64,000 nucleotides of DNA from an uncultured archaeon (GCA_964619405.1 CAZUCF010000001.1:33633-97632), one strand, 5' to 3'; numbered from the stretch's first letter, positions 19,759-29,598 are shown. The notes: generated by a model not told the origin, from the letters alone. Program-made: numbers and translations.

Positions 19759-22746
19759 ATGGTTACTGATTACTTGGAAGACTTATTAAACGAGGCAAAA
19801 AAAGATTCTAATAATAAAGAAGTGATTAAGGAAAACACACAAAAAATTAGTGAAGAAGAAGTTGCTAAAGATGTTAAAAAAGAGGATTTAAAAAAATTTG
19901 AGGAAAAACTTTCGCAAAACGAACTAGAACAAAAAATTGAACCAAACGACAAAAAAGAAAAAACAGAAGTAGAAAAAGAGTTAGAATCACAAAAAAAAAT
20001 TGAGTTAAAAAAATATGGAAAAACAACTATTTACGAAGTTCCAGGCAAAGCAATGAAATATTATTTTGTACCAACATTAAGACCAACATCAGCTGAAAGA
20101 AAAATAATTAATACTATAAAAGAAGCAACAACAAGACTAATTAGTATTGCACCATTCAGAATAAGAAATAATGATGAAAGAAGAATAATTTACAAGCAAA
20201 AAGTTCTTGACATAATAAAAAATAACCCATCATTAAACATTCCACCAACAAGAGTATCATTTTATGCTGACGCGGTAGTAAGAGAAATGGTTGGGTACGG
20301 TTTAATTGATGATTTAATAAAAGACGATAATTTAGAAGAAATAATGATTGTTGGCTCCAAAAAACCTGTTTTTGTTTTCCACAGAGAATATGAAATGATG
20401 CAAACTAATATAGAATTTTTTTCAGAACAAGAAATTGAGGATTTAGTAAACAAAATCGCAAGAGAAGTTGGACGAAGAGTAGATGTGTCAGCACCACTAC
20501 TTGACGCGAGATTATCTGATGGTAGCAGAATAAATGCTACAATACCACCAGCAAGTATTAGTGGTGGAACACTAACAATAAGAAAATTTAGGGAAGACCC
20601 TTACTCAATAATAGATTTAGTAAGAATGAATACTTTGAATAGTGAGGCAGCAGCGTTCCTATGGATGTGCGTTGATGGACTAGGAGTAAAACCAGCAAAC
20701 ATGCTGATTAGTGGTGGTACTGGCTCAGGAAAAACAACTCTTTTGAATGTGCTAGCATCATTCATACCAGAAAGAGAAAGAATAGTAACAATAGAAGACA
20801 CGGCAGAATTAAACCTACCCTTAAAACACTGGATTAGATTAGAAGCAAGGCCACCTGGATTAGAAGGAACAGGCGAACTAAAAATGGATATTCTAACAAA
20901 AAATTCTTTGAGAATGCGACCAGACAGAATAATTGTTGGAGAAGTAAGACACGAAGAAGCATTCACATTATTCACTGCTATCAACACGGGGCATGATGGA
21001 GCAATAATTGGTGAAAGCTTAATACAATTATCAAACGGAGAATTAATTGAAGCACAAAAACTATGTGAAAAATATTTTGATAAACCAATAAAAGAAAATG
21101 ATTACGAATTTGTTGAAATTAACGACGAATTATTTGTTCCAAGTTTAAACAAAGAAACATTAAAAATAGAAGACAAAAAAATAAATAGGATTTGGAGAAA
21201 AAAGAATGAAAAAAAATTGTTAAAAATAAAATTGCGTTCTGGAAAAGAATTAATCCTAACTAAAGATCATCCAATTTACAAAATTTGCAATGGAATAAGT
21301 GAAATAAATGCAGAAAATGTTTTAATTGGGGATTATATTGCCACACCAACAACAATAAAAATGAAATCTGAAGAAAGTATTGAGTGCCCATATTATTTAG
21401 GATTAGTTTATGGTGATGGGCACATAGGACAAGAAAGTATTGAATTTACAAACAAAGAAATTTCTCTAATAAATGCTTTTGAAGAAGAAGCAAAACAAAT
21501 AACAAAAAATAAAATTAAAAGAAAATTAAAAAATGCATATTATAGTTCATTTTATGATAAAAAAGCAGTGCGAAACCTAAACATAAATTATGAAATACCA
21601 ATTGGAAATAAAACAAAAACATTTGTACTAGGAAAAGAAATCATGCAAGGAAACGAAAAAGATTTAAGTGAATTAATAAAAGGGTTATTTGATTGCGAAT
21701 CACATGTTAACTTGCATTCAAACAGCATACAATTTTCTACATCAAATTTTGATTTAGCAAAAAAACTACCTTTAATATTACAAAGATTCGGAATACAATC
21801 CTCAACAAACATTCAAGAAAAAGATGGTAAAGGAAATATTGGACCATATTACAGAATATCAATTTATGGAAAAGACAATTTAGAAAAATACTCTCAAAAA
21901 ATTGGTTACAAGCATTCAGCAAAAAAAGAAGCATTAAAAGAATTAATTAAAAAATCAAAAAACTCTTTAGATTTGTTTCCAAACATGCAAAATGTTTTAA
22001 GGGATTTGAGAACAGAAAATAATTTAACACAAAAAGAATTATCTTTTTTAATTGGTAATAATACACCAAGTGTTTCATTATCACACGAAATAGGGACAAG
22101 AGCACCAACAAGAGAAATGTTAGAAAAAATTTGTAAACAAACCAATGGTAAAACAAAAAAACAATTAGAAATATTAACAAAATCAGATATTAGGTTTGAA
22201 AAAATAATTTCAATAAGCGAATATAATTACGATGGTTTTGTTTATGATTTAACTGTTGAAGACAACCATAATTACATTGCTAACGGAGTAATAATAAGTA
22301 ATTGCCTTGGAACAGTACACGCGAATTCTCCAGAAGAAACAATAGTAAGAGTGACTAGCCCGCCAATGAATGTACCAAACATAATGCTCTCAGGATTAGA
22401 CATGATAATAGTTGAACACAGGTACCACGACAGAAAAAAAGGAACTATTAGAAGAATAAGTGAAATAGCAGAAGTATATGGGGGCCTAGAAGGAAAACCA
22501 AAAACACAAACATTGTTTCAAAGAGATGCTGTAAAAGATTATTTGGAAAGAACAATGATTGATAGCATGTACTTAAAACAATTAAGAACTTTTACTGGTT
22601 TGTCAAAAGATAATTTGGATGCTGAGTTAAAACTAAGACAACAATTCATAGAAAATCTTGCTGAAAAAAATTTGAGAGAATTAAAAGATGTTAGTAAGAA
22701 AGCACATGACTTCATTAACAAAAGAAATCTAGGTGAAAAAATATGA
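19759..22746 (+). CDS. KlbA/TadA/FlaI-family secretion ATPase of the type IV pilus system, interrupted by an intein
   Basis: The extein carries the Walker A GGTGSGKTT, IEDTAELNL, the Asp box and His box NTGHDG...CLGTVHANS. A 434-aa insertion lies between TGHDG and CLGTVHANS. The assembled extein is about 562 aa. Confidence 0.85.
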   Translation: MVTDYLEDLLNEAKKDSNNKEVIKENTQKISEEEVAKDVKKEDLKKFEEKLSQNELEQKIEPNDKKEKTEVEKELESQKKIELKKYGKTTIYEVPGKAMKYYFVPTLRPTSAERKIINTIKEATTRLISIAPFRIRNNDERRIIYKQKVLDIIKNNPSLNIPPTRVSFYADAVVREMVGYGLIDDLIKDDNLEEIMIVGSKKPVFVFHREYEMMQTNIEFFSEQEIEDLVNKIAREVGRRVDVSAPLLDARLSDGSRINATIPPASISGGTLTIRKFREDPYSIIDLVRMNTLNSEAAAFLWMCVDGLGVKPANMLISGGTGSGKTTLLNVLASFIPERERIVTIEDTAELNLPLKHWIRLEARPPGLEGTGELKMDILTKNSLRMRPDRIIVGEVRHEEAFTLFTAINTGHDGAIIGESLIQLSNGELIEAQKLCEKYFDKPIKENDYEFVEINDELFVPSLNKETLKIEDKKINRIWRKKNEKKLLKIKLRSGKELILTKDHPIYKICNGISEINAENVLIGDYIATPTTIKMKSEESIECPYYLGLVYGDGHIGQESIEFTNKEISLINAFEEEAKQITKNKIKRKLKNAYYSSFYDKKAVRNLNINYEIPIGNKTKTFVLGKEIMQGNEKDLSELIKGLFDCESHVNLHSNSIQFSTSNFDLAKKLPLILQRFGIQSSTNIQEKDGKGNIGPYYRISIYGKDNLEKYSQKIGYKHSAKKEALKELIKKSKNSLDLFPNMQNVLRDLRTENNLTQKELSFLIGNNTPSVSLSHEIGTRAPTREMLEKICKQTNGKTKKQLEILTKSDIRFEKIISISEYNYDGFVYDLTVEDNHNYIANGVIISNCLGTVHANSPEETIVRVTSPPMNVPNIMLSGLDMIIVEHRYHDRKKGTIRRISEIAEVYGGLEGKPKTQTLFQRDAVKDYLERTMIDSMYLKQLRTFTGLSKDNLDAELKLRQQFIENLAEKNLRELKDVSKKAHDFINKRNLGEKI
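21001..22302 (+). mobile_element. intein (KlbA-type, Ala1...Asn, +1 Cys) with LAGLIDADG homing endonuclease and HTH
   Basis: The intein starts AIIGESLIQLSNGE immediately after the TGHDG extein motif and ends YDLTVEDNHNYIANGVIISN before CLGTVHANS. Internal LAGLIDADG blocks are LGLVYGDGHIG and IKGLFDCESHV. The paralogous ATPase at 43314..44837 has the uninterrupted NNGHSGCLGTIHANN. Confidence 0.8.
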
Positions 22747-23837
22747 GTGACTTAAAAATTAATGAAGAAGAAGTAAACCAAATAGTAGAAACAATGAAAA
22801 AAAAATATAGGCAAGAAGGAATTGAAATTGAAGATGTTGATAACAGTTTAAAAGAATTAAGAGGAATAATTGCTGATAATTCTTACTCAAAAATTGATTT
22901 GGAAAATGAAGAGGACTTAGAACAATTTGGCTCAAATTTGGTAAAACAATTAGGAAACATTTATGTTAAATTAAAAAAAATACTTAAACCAATAAAAAAT
23001 ATTTTGAAAGAATTTCCTTTGAGTGAGGAAATAGGTTACTATCTTTACTCAGCAAACATGCGTTACTCAGCAAACCAATATTTAGCATTAGCTAGCGCAA
23101 GTGGCTTTGTAGTAGCATTACTAACAATAATAATAATTTTTTTTATAGGCGTAATATCACAAGATTTGTTATTCACAATTATTGTTCCAATAAGTGCTGG
23201 TTTTGTAGCATGGTTATTTTCAACAATAATAATATTATATTTACCAAAAAAGTTTGCAAAAACTAGGGGCGCAAAAATTTCTGTTGAACTACCATTTGCT
23301 TTAAGACACATGTCAACAGAACTCAAAGCAGGAATAGGCTTGTACAAAACAATACAAGCAATAGCAATAAATGATTACGGTGTCCTAAGCGAAGAATTTT
23401 CAAGGACAATAAATGAGATAGAAGAAGGCTCTGATACATCAACAGCATTAAAACACACTGCCTTAAGAACACAAAGTTTACCATTAAGAAAAGCTATTAA
23501 CCACATACTAAGAGCAATGCGTATTGGTGGGAACCTTTCAGATACCATGAATGACATAGCAGAAGATGTTTCAACCGAAATGAAAAACAGGATAGGAATT
23601 TTTTCCCAAAAAATGAATTTTTTTTCAGTAATATTTATTTTCATTGGAATTGTTTTACCAGTAGCAATAATGATTCTTGGTTCAATAAGAAATTCCCCGT
23701 TAGCAGCAACAGGAGAAGATTTATTCAAAAACATTCCACTAACACCCGAAATAATGTTTTTGATTTACATAATAGGAATGCCAATAATTTTTTTGTTAAT
23801 GATTTTTATGGTTTACAACATGCAACCAAAAATGTGA
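22743..23837 (+). CDS. pilus assembly platform protein, T2SS-F domain (TadB/FlaJ-like)
   Basis: The T2SSF-like region ELKAGIGLYKTIQAIA...LRAMRIGGNLSDTMNDIAEDV is flanked by TM helices. The ORF overlaps the ATPase stop (ATGA). Confidence 0.75.
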   Translation: MSDLKINEEEVNQIVETMKKKYRQEGIEIEDVDNSLKELRGIIADNSYSKIDLENEEDLEQFGSNLVKQLGNIYVKLKKILKPIKNILKEFPLSEEIGYYLYSANMRYSANQYLALASASGFVVALLTIIIIFFIGVISQDLLFTIIVPISAGFVAWLFSTIIILYLPKKFAKTRGAKISVELPFALRHMSTELKAGIGLYKTIQAIAINDYGVLSEEFSRTINEIEEGSDTSTALKHTALRTQSLPLRKAINHILRAMRIGGNLSDTMNDIAEDVSTEMKNRIGIFSQKMNFFSVIFIFIGIVLPVAIMILGSIRNSPLAATGEDLFKNIPLTPEIMFLIYIIGMPIIFLLMIFMVYNMQPKM

Positions 23838-23841
23838 TTTT

Positions 23842-24750
23842 ATGGATTTGATTACAAAATACAATGATTGGGTAAAATTTTCTAAGTTACCTTATAACGC
23901 AATTGTTTGGGTTAGCCTAGCAATAGGAACAACAATACTAGTAGCAATTGTTTCAATAATACTAAATTTTTTCATACTACAAGAAATGACTTTATTACCC
24001 ATTGCTTTTACAACAGCAACACTAGTACTAATGCTTGGTTACCCTTACATGAAAAAAGAATCAATCATTGATACAATAGAATACAATTTTAGTGACGCTC
24101 TAAAACAAATGGCTGATACTTTAAAAGCAGGAGACACTTACGAAAGCGCTTTAAGAGAAGTAGTTAACTCTGGTTATGGTAGATTATCAGACGAAATGCA
24201 AATCGCTTTAATAAGATTAGAAGAAGGAGAAAACATTGACACATCATTAAGGGGCTTCGCAGAAAGAATTGATTCAAGACTAATAAAAAGAACTATAACA
24301 ATATTATTAGACTCAATAAAAACTGGTGCTAGTCTAGCAAATATTTTAGAGGACATTGCAGACGATGTTAGAGAATCATACAGATTAAAAGAAGAAAGAA
24401 AAGCGAACACAACAATGCAATTCATGTTCATGATTGCTGCAAGCGGTTTTATAACACCGCTAATCTTTGGGGAAATAACAGCAATAATGAATTTGTTTGG
24501 AAGAATAACTGTAACACAATTACTCGCAGGACAAGCAATAACTGGAAACACTGCAACAAACTTTGTTTTCATTCTAATACAAGCTTATCTAATAATAGAG
24601 GTCATTGCTTCAGGAGTAATGATGGCTATAATAAGAGAAGGAAAATTTGGAAAAAGTATTATTTACATTCCCCTCTTACTAATAATAGTTTTCTTAACCT
24701 ATTATCTTACAAGTTATGTAATAAGTTTAATGTTACTAGGTGTATTTTAA
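23842..24750 (+). CDS. second pilus platform protein, T2SS-F domain (TadC-like)
   Basis: The T2SSF region is LKQMADTLKAGDTYESALREVV...LDSIKTGASLANILEDIADDV. There are TM helices at both ends. Confidence 0.75.
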   Translation: MDLITKYNDWVKFSKLPYNAIVWVSLAIGTTILVAIVSIILNFFILQEMTLLPIAFTTATLVLMLGYPYMKKESIIDTIEYNFSDALKQMADTLKAGDTYESALREVVNSGYGRLSDEMQIALIRLEEGENIDTSLRGFAERIDSRLIKRTITILLDSIKTGASLANILEDIADDVRESYRLKEERKANTTMQFMFMIAASGFITPLIFGEITAIMNLFGRITVTQLLAGQAITGNTATNFVFILIQAYLIIEVIASGVMMAIIREGKFGKSIIYIPLLLIIVFLTYYLTSYVISLMLLGVF

Positions 24751-24890
24751 TGGAAGAAAAAGCACAAGTGAGTTTAGAGTACTTGCTAATAATAATTGGG
24801 GCAATAATAGTTGTTACAACAGTCGCAATGTACATTAAGGCAACAGCACAATCAACAACACAAGCAATACAAGAACAAGGAAAAAACTAG
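24750..24890 (+). CDS. Flp-like minor/major pilin, 46 aa, class III signal peptide
   Basis: The ATG overlaps the TAA of the upstream gene. Translation is MEEKAQVSLEYLLIIIGAIIVVTTVAMYIKATAQSTTQAIQEQGKN. The KAQ|VSLEYLLII segment matches the archaeal prepilin signal. The ORF is not in the track because it is shorter than 60 aa. Confidence 0.7.
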   Translation: MEEKAQVSLEYLLIIIGAIIVVTTVAMYIKATAQSTTQAIQEQGKN

Positions 24891-24904
24891 TTCAAAGTGA
24901 ACCT

Positions 24905-25012
24905 CCCCACACTAAAGTGTGGGGCTTCTGCTGGTTTACAGCAGAAGTATTCACTTTTCCGTCAACGGAAAAGAAATCTCAAACTCCAACGTAAACGTTG
25001 AAGATTTCTTTT
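24905..25012 (+). other. GC-rich cluster of four consecutive stem-loops (structured RNA element / 3' UTR)
   Basis: The hairpins are ccccacac-taaa-gtgtgggg (24905..24924), cttctgctg-gttta-cagcagaag (24925..24947) and cttttccg-tcaa-cggaaaag (24954..24973). A fourth, compound hairpin is gaaatct..caacg-taaa-cgttg..agatttc (24973..25008), followed by TTTT. Confidence 0.5.
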
Positions 25013-25110
25013 GGGTTGATTAAAAAAAAACTTTAAAACTATTAAACCAAAAAAAAAACTTGTTAAAGAATAGGTTTAAAAATAATAAAAACTTTAATAG
25101 AATAGGTAAT

Positions 25111-25132
25111 TTTTATTAAATTGAACGGAGGG
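25111..25132 (+). promoter_or_regulatory. A/T-rich TATA-like element plus GGAGG ribosome-binding site upstream of the pilin gene
   Basis: ttttattaaa (25111..25120) is followed by ggaggg at 25127..25132, which lies 8 nt upstream of the ATG at 25140. Confidence 0.35.
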
Positions 25133-25139
25133 AAATGAA

Positions 25140-25424
25140 ATGGATAAAAAAGGACAAGGAGCAATTGAATACTTATTAATCATTGGAGCAGCAATACTTG
25201 TTGTAGCAGTAGTAATAATAGCACTAGTTAGTGTTACAGGAGCAGCAACAGATGATACAACAGGAGAAGAGGCTCAAGCAGCACAACTATTACAAAGTTG
25301 TATTGCATCATGCGGAACAATTGGCGGAGACTGGAATTATAATGATAATTTGTGTTATTCAATAGCACAACCAACTAACTGGCCAATCAAATGTTACGAC
25401 TATAACGCAATAGCAGTTAACTAA
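25140..25424 (+). CDS. archaeal type IV pilin, class III signal peptide, Cys-rich C-domain
   Basis: Begins MDKKGQGAIEYLLIIGAAILVV. The C-terminal domain has six Cys. Confidence 0.8.
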   Translation: MDKKGQGAIEYLLIIGAAILVVAVVIIALVSVTGAATDDTTGEEAQAAQLLQSCIASCGTIGGDWNYNDNLCYSIAQPTNWPIKCYDYNAIAVN

Positions 25425-25444
25425 ACTTAATTAAAGATTTGTTT

Positions 25445-25480
25445 GAAAAGGCCTTAACGCCTTTTCAAAAACTATTTTTT
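25445..25480 (+). terminator. hairpin plus T-tract terminator after the pilin gene
   Basis: An 8-bp stem (gaaaaggc/gccttttc, 25445..25466) with a cttaac loop is followed by T7 at 25474..25480. Confidence 0.45.
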
Positions 25481-25548
25481 TGATACTAAAACAGAGTAAT
25501 TTAAAAATAACAAAAAACACAATAAGTAATATAATTATTGTGATAAAA

Positions 25549-28500
25549 ATGCAAAATGAAGAAAATTTAGCGCAAACAGCAATAGAGTACTTGCTAATAA
25601 TAGCAGGCGTAATTATTATTGTTACAATAATAGCTTTTTTTTCTAAGTCAATAATGCTAACCGCAACACAAACAATTGACGAGACAATAAACCTTGAAGA
25701 AGAAGTAAAAGTAACCGAAAACAAAATTTCGTTATACTATCCCAATAATACAACATATTTAACAGGAAAAATAATTTTTGCTTACGCGCCACAAAGCCCA
25801 ATTGAAATAAACTCGTGCAAATTAATAGTAAATGAAAAAGAAGAAGAAATTAATTTTAGTATTAGCAAAAACAAAATGAATATTTTTGAAAAAGATGCTA
25901 ATGATTTTCCAATAGGAAATCATTCTTGGAATATTGAGTGCGAAGACTCAAACAATGCTTTGTTCCAAGGAACACAAAAATATTTTACAATCCAAGAAGG
26001 AATCGTTGAACCAGAACAACCAATTGAACCACCACCATTACTATTTTCTGGCGGAGACGGAACAATAAACAACCCATACCAAATAACAAAAATAGAACAC
26101 TTAAACACAATAAGATACTACCCAGACAAAAATTTCATTCTAATGAATGATCTTGATTTTGAAAACAATTCTAATTACAATAACCCAATATACAAAAACT
26201 ATTTTATAACAAATGAAGGATGGAAATCAATAGGAATAACAAATTATTGTATTACAAATATTGTAAATCTTTATTGTAAGTATAATAGTAGTAAGACCAC
26301 TTGTGAAAATTCTTGTGATGGAAATTATATTGATGGAAACATATTCACTGGAAACTTTAACGGAAATAATCACACAATAAAAAATTTGTATTCAAACAAA
26401 CCACTGCATAATTACATAGGATTATTTGGAAGCACTAACAATTCACAAATAAAAAATTTGATTATAGAAGACGCAAACATAATTGGAAGAGATTACACAG
26501 GAGGAATAATAGGTTACGCAAACAACTCAATAATTAATAATATTAGTTTTGAAGGAATTATTTCAGGAAAAAATTATGTTGGCGGAATAATTGGAAGCGC
26601 AAACAATTCACAAATAAATATTTTAAAAAATACTAGTAATATAAACGCACAAGAAGTTGTTGGAGGAATAATAGGACAATCAGATCAACACACAATAATA
26701 ACAAACACACAAAACATTGGAAGCATAAATGGAATAACGGATGTTGGAGGAATAGCTGGAAGAGCACCCAATATTCAAAATTCTTTAAATTCAGGAGATA
26801 TCAATGGAACAGAAAACATTGGAGGAATAATGGGCCAATCAAACTCATTATATACTAATAATATAAAAAACACATACAACATTGGAACAATTAATGGCAA
26901 CACTAATGCAGGTGGTTTTGCCGGTAAATTAAATTCAACAATTGGAATAACCAATTCTGGTTGGTGGACGGGAACAACAACACAATCAATCGGAACACAC
27001 CCTGATTATGAACTAACTTATAATGAAATAAATAAAACAAATTTTTACCCAACAGAACATTTAATTTACACCAATGGAAATGAACCATGGGACTTTGATA
27101 ATATTTGGTTAGAAAGAGACAACAATTACCCAATACTAAGAATAATAAATGAATCAGAAACACCAACACCCCCACAACAAGAACTACCACCAGTACAATT
27201 CGCTGGCGGAGACGGAACAATAAACAACCCATACCAAATAACAAAAATAGAACACTTAAACACAATAAGATACTACCCAGACAAAAATTTCATTCTAATG
27301 AATGACCTTGATTTTGAAAATGACAATGATTACAACAACTCAGAAAACAAAAATTATTTTATAACAAACGAAGGATGGAGCTCAATAGGAAAAAAAACTT
27401 ATTGTGAAACAAGCAGCACCAACACAATTTGTAAAAATAATCAAACAACTTGTGAATTCACATGCAATGGAATATGGTTTGAAGAAAATTTATTCACAGG
27501 AAATTTTAACGGAAATTACAAAAAAATAAATAATTTGTATTCAAACAAACCATTACACGATTACACAGGATTATTTGGAAGCATTAAAAATTCTGAAATA
27601 AAAAATTTGATTATAGAAGACGCAAACATAATTGGAAGAGATAACACAGGTGGAATAATAGGCGATGCAAACCTCGCAAAAATCAATAATGTAAGTTTTA
27701 AAGGAATTATTTCAGGAAAAAATAATGTGGGCGGAATAACAGGAAATATAAGTAGCTCAAATATTGATAATACAAAAAATTTTGGAAAAATAAATGCACA
27801 AGAAAATGTAGGAGGAATAACCGGGAATGTAAAAAACACTTCAATAAACAATGCATTTAATACTCAAGAAATAAACGGAACAACAAATGTCGGAGGAATA
27901 ACCGGGAACCATTCTGGTGGATTAATTACCAATGTAATAAATATTGGCCAAATTAATGGAACAATAAATGTTGGAGGAATAGCTGGAAGAGCACCCAATA
28001 TTCAAAATTCTTTAAATTCAGGAGATATCAATGGAACAGAAAACATTGGAGGAATAATGGGCCAATCAAACTCATTATATACTAATAATATAAAAAACAC
28101 ATACAACATTGGAACAATTAATGGCAACACTAATGCAGGTGGTTTTGCCGGTAAATTAAATTCAACAATTGGAATAACCAATTCTGGTTGGTGGACGGGA
28201 ACAACAACACAATCAATCGGAACACACCCTGATTATGAACTAACTTATAATGAAATAAATAAAACAAATTTTTACCCAAAAGAACACCTAATTTACACAG
28301 CTCAATCACCAATCTGGGATTTTGAAAACACTTGGTTAGAAAGAGACAACAATTACCCAATACTAAAAACAATGAATGAAATAGAACGCTTACCCCAGTT
28401 CCCAAATGGCGATGGAACAATAAACAACCCATACCAAATAACAAAAGTAGAACACTTAAACACAATAAGATACTATTTAAACTCAAATTTTGTTTTAATG

Positions 28501-29598
28501 AATGACCTAGACTTTGAAAACAATAATAATTATATTAATCCTGAAAACAAAAATGATTTTATATTTGGAGAAGGTTGGGATCCTATTGGAAAAACAAATT
28601 ATTGCATAACAAGCAATACTACTACAAATTGTAATGACTGGAAAAGTGTTTGTGAAAATACTTGCAAAGGAATTTGGATTGAAACAAATTTATTCACAGG
28701 AAATTTTAACGGAAATAATAATACAATAAAAAATTTGTATTCAAACAAACCACAACACAATTACACTGGATTATTTGGAAGCATATCTAATTCAGAAATA
28801 AAAAATTTGATTATAGAAGACGCAAACATAATTGGAAAAGAATTTATAGGTGGAATAATTGGTAGCACAAATTATTCAATAATAAATAATGCAAGTTTTG
28901 AAGGAAACATTTCAGGAAAAAATTATGTTGGCGGAATAATTGGTTACGCAAATAACTCTGACATAAATAACACAAAAAATTATGGAAAAATAAATGCACA
29001 AGACAGAGTAGGTGGAATAATAGGATCGGTCGTACGCAGTAAAATAAACAATTCTTTTAATAATAACAAAATATCTGGTGCAAACTCTATTGGCGGAATA
29101 ATAGGCTTTTCACAAGGAGCCACAACAAAATACACAAATGTAATAAATATTGGAAGCATAAATGGGCAAACTAATGTTGGCGGAATAATTGGTTACGATT
29201 ATTATTCAGAAATAAAAAACTCTTTAAATGCAGGAGATATCAATGGAACAAGCCAAATAGGAGGAATAACCGGCCAAACAATTAATCAAACAAACAAAAT
29301 AGATAATTCATATAATATTGGTTTGATTACAGGTACTGAAGATATTGGGGGAATAATAGGAAACATTTATTCAACAACATCATTAACAATAACCAATTCA
29401 GGTTGGTGGACAGGAACAACAACACAAGCAATCGGAAACAACACAACTATTGTGTTCAGTTATAATGAAACAAACAAAACAAATTTTTACCCAAAAGAAC
29501 ATTTAATTTACACCAATGGAAATGAACCATGGGACTTTGATAATATTTGGTTAGAAAGAGACAACAATTACCCAATACTAAGAATAATGAATGAATAA
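25549..29598 (+). CDS. giant (~1350 aa) pilin-fused surface adhesin with three tandem ~400-aa beta-helix/GLUG-like repeat modules
   Basis: The likely true start is M24 of the track ORF (MQNEENLAQTAIEYLLIIAGVIIIV), a class III signal peptide. Three modules follow, each starting GGDGTINNPYQITKIEHLNTIRYY and containing many (N)xVGGI(I/T)G repeats about 19 aa apart. Confidence 0.8.
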   Translation: MQNEENLAQTAIEYLLIIAGVIIIVTIIAFFSKSIMLTATQTIDETINLEEEVKVTENKISLYYPNNTTYLTGKIIFAYAPQSPIEINSCKLIVNEKEEEINFSISKNKMNIFEKDANDFPIGNHSWNIECEDSNNALFQGTQKYFTIQEGIVEPEQPIEPPPLLFSGGDGTINNPYQITKIEHLNTIRYYPDKNFILMNDLDFENNSNYNNPIYKNYFITNEGWKSIGITNYCITNIVNLYCKYNSSKTTCENSCDGNYIDGNIFTGNFNGNNHTIKNLYSNKPLHNYIGLFGSTNNSQIKNLIIEDANIIGRDYTGGIIGYANNSIINNISFEGIISGKNYVGGIIGSANNSQINILKNTSNINAQEVVGGIIGQSDQHTIITNTQNIGSINGITDVGGIAGRAPNIQNSLNSGDINGTENIGGIMGQSNSLYTNNIKNTYNIGTINGNTNAGGFAGKLNSTIGITNSGWWTGTTTQSIGTHPDYELTYNEINKTNFYPTEHLIYTNGNEPWDFDNIWLERDNNYPILRIINESETPTPPQQELPPVQFAGGDGTINNPYQITKIEHLNTIRYYPDKNFILMNDLDFENDNDYNNSENKNYFITNEGWSSIGKKTYCETSSTNTICKNNQTTCEFTCNGIWFEENLFTGNFNGNYKKINNLYSNKPLHDYTGLFGSIKNSEIKNLIIEDANIIGRDNTGGIIGDANLAKINNVSFKGIISGKNNVGGITGNISSSNIDNTKNFGKINAQENVGGITGNVKNTSINNAFNTQEINGTTNVGGITGNHSGGLITNVINIGQINGTINVGGIAGRAPNIQNSLNSGDINGTENIGGIMGQSNSLYTNNIKNTYNIGTINGNTNAGGFAGKLNSTIGITNSGWWTGTTTQSIGTHPDYELTYNEINKTNFYPKEHLIYTAQSPIWDFENTWLERDNNYPILKTMNEIERLPQFPNGDGTINNPYQITKVEHLNTIRYYLNSNFVLMNDLDFENNNNYINPENKNDFIFGEGWDPIGKTNYCITSNTTTNCNDWKSVCENTCKGIWIETNLFTGNFNGNNNTIKNLYSNKPQHNYTGLFGSISNSEIKNLIIEDANIIGKEFIGGIIGSTNYSIINNASFEGNISGKNYVGGIIGYANNSDINNTKNYGKINAQDRVGGIIGSVVRSKINNSFNNNKISGANSIGGIIGFSQGATTKYTNVINIGSINGQTNVGGIIGYDYYSEIKNSLNAGDINGTSQIGGITGQTINQTNKIDNSYNIGLITGTEDIGGIIGNIYSTTSLTITNSGWWTGTTTQAIGNNTTIVFSYNETNKTNFYPKEHLIYTNGNEPWDFDNIWLERDNNYPILRIMNE
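26050..29595 (+). repeat. three tandem intragenic repeat units (26050..27204, 27205..28404, 28405..29595) with perfectly identical sub-segments
   Basis: Perfect DNA identities are 26741..27052 = 27968..28279 (312 bp), 26048..26150 = 27203..27305 (103 bp) and 27054..27146 = 29496..29588 (93 bp). Confidence 0.85.

Noticed and set aside
25431-25724. 97-aa minus-strand ORF
   Set aside because: It overlaps the terminator hairpin and the signal-peptide-coding start of the giant pilin-adhesin. Its translation is hydrophobic and antisense, so it is spurious.
26903-28486. Minus-strand ORFs of 120 and 118 aa with nearly identical sequences
   Set aside because: They lie antisense to the duplicated segments of the giant adhesin gene. 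They are near-identical because the sense DNA is repeated, so they are not independent genes.
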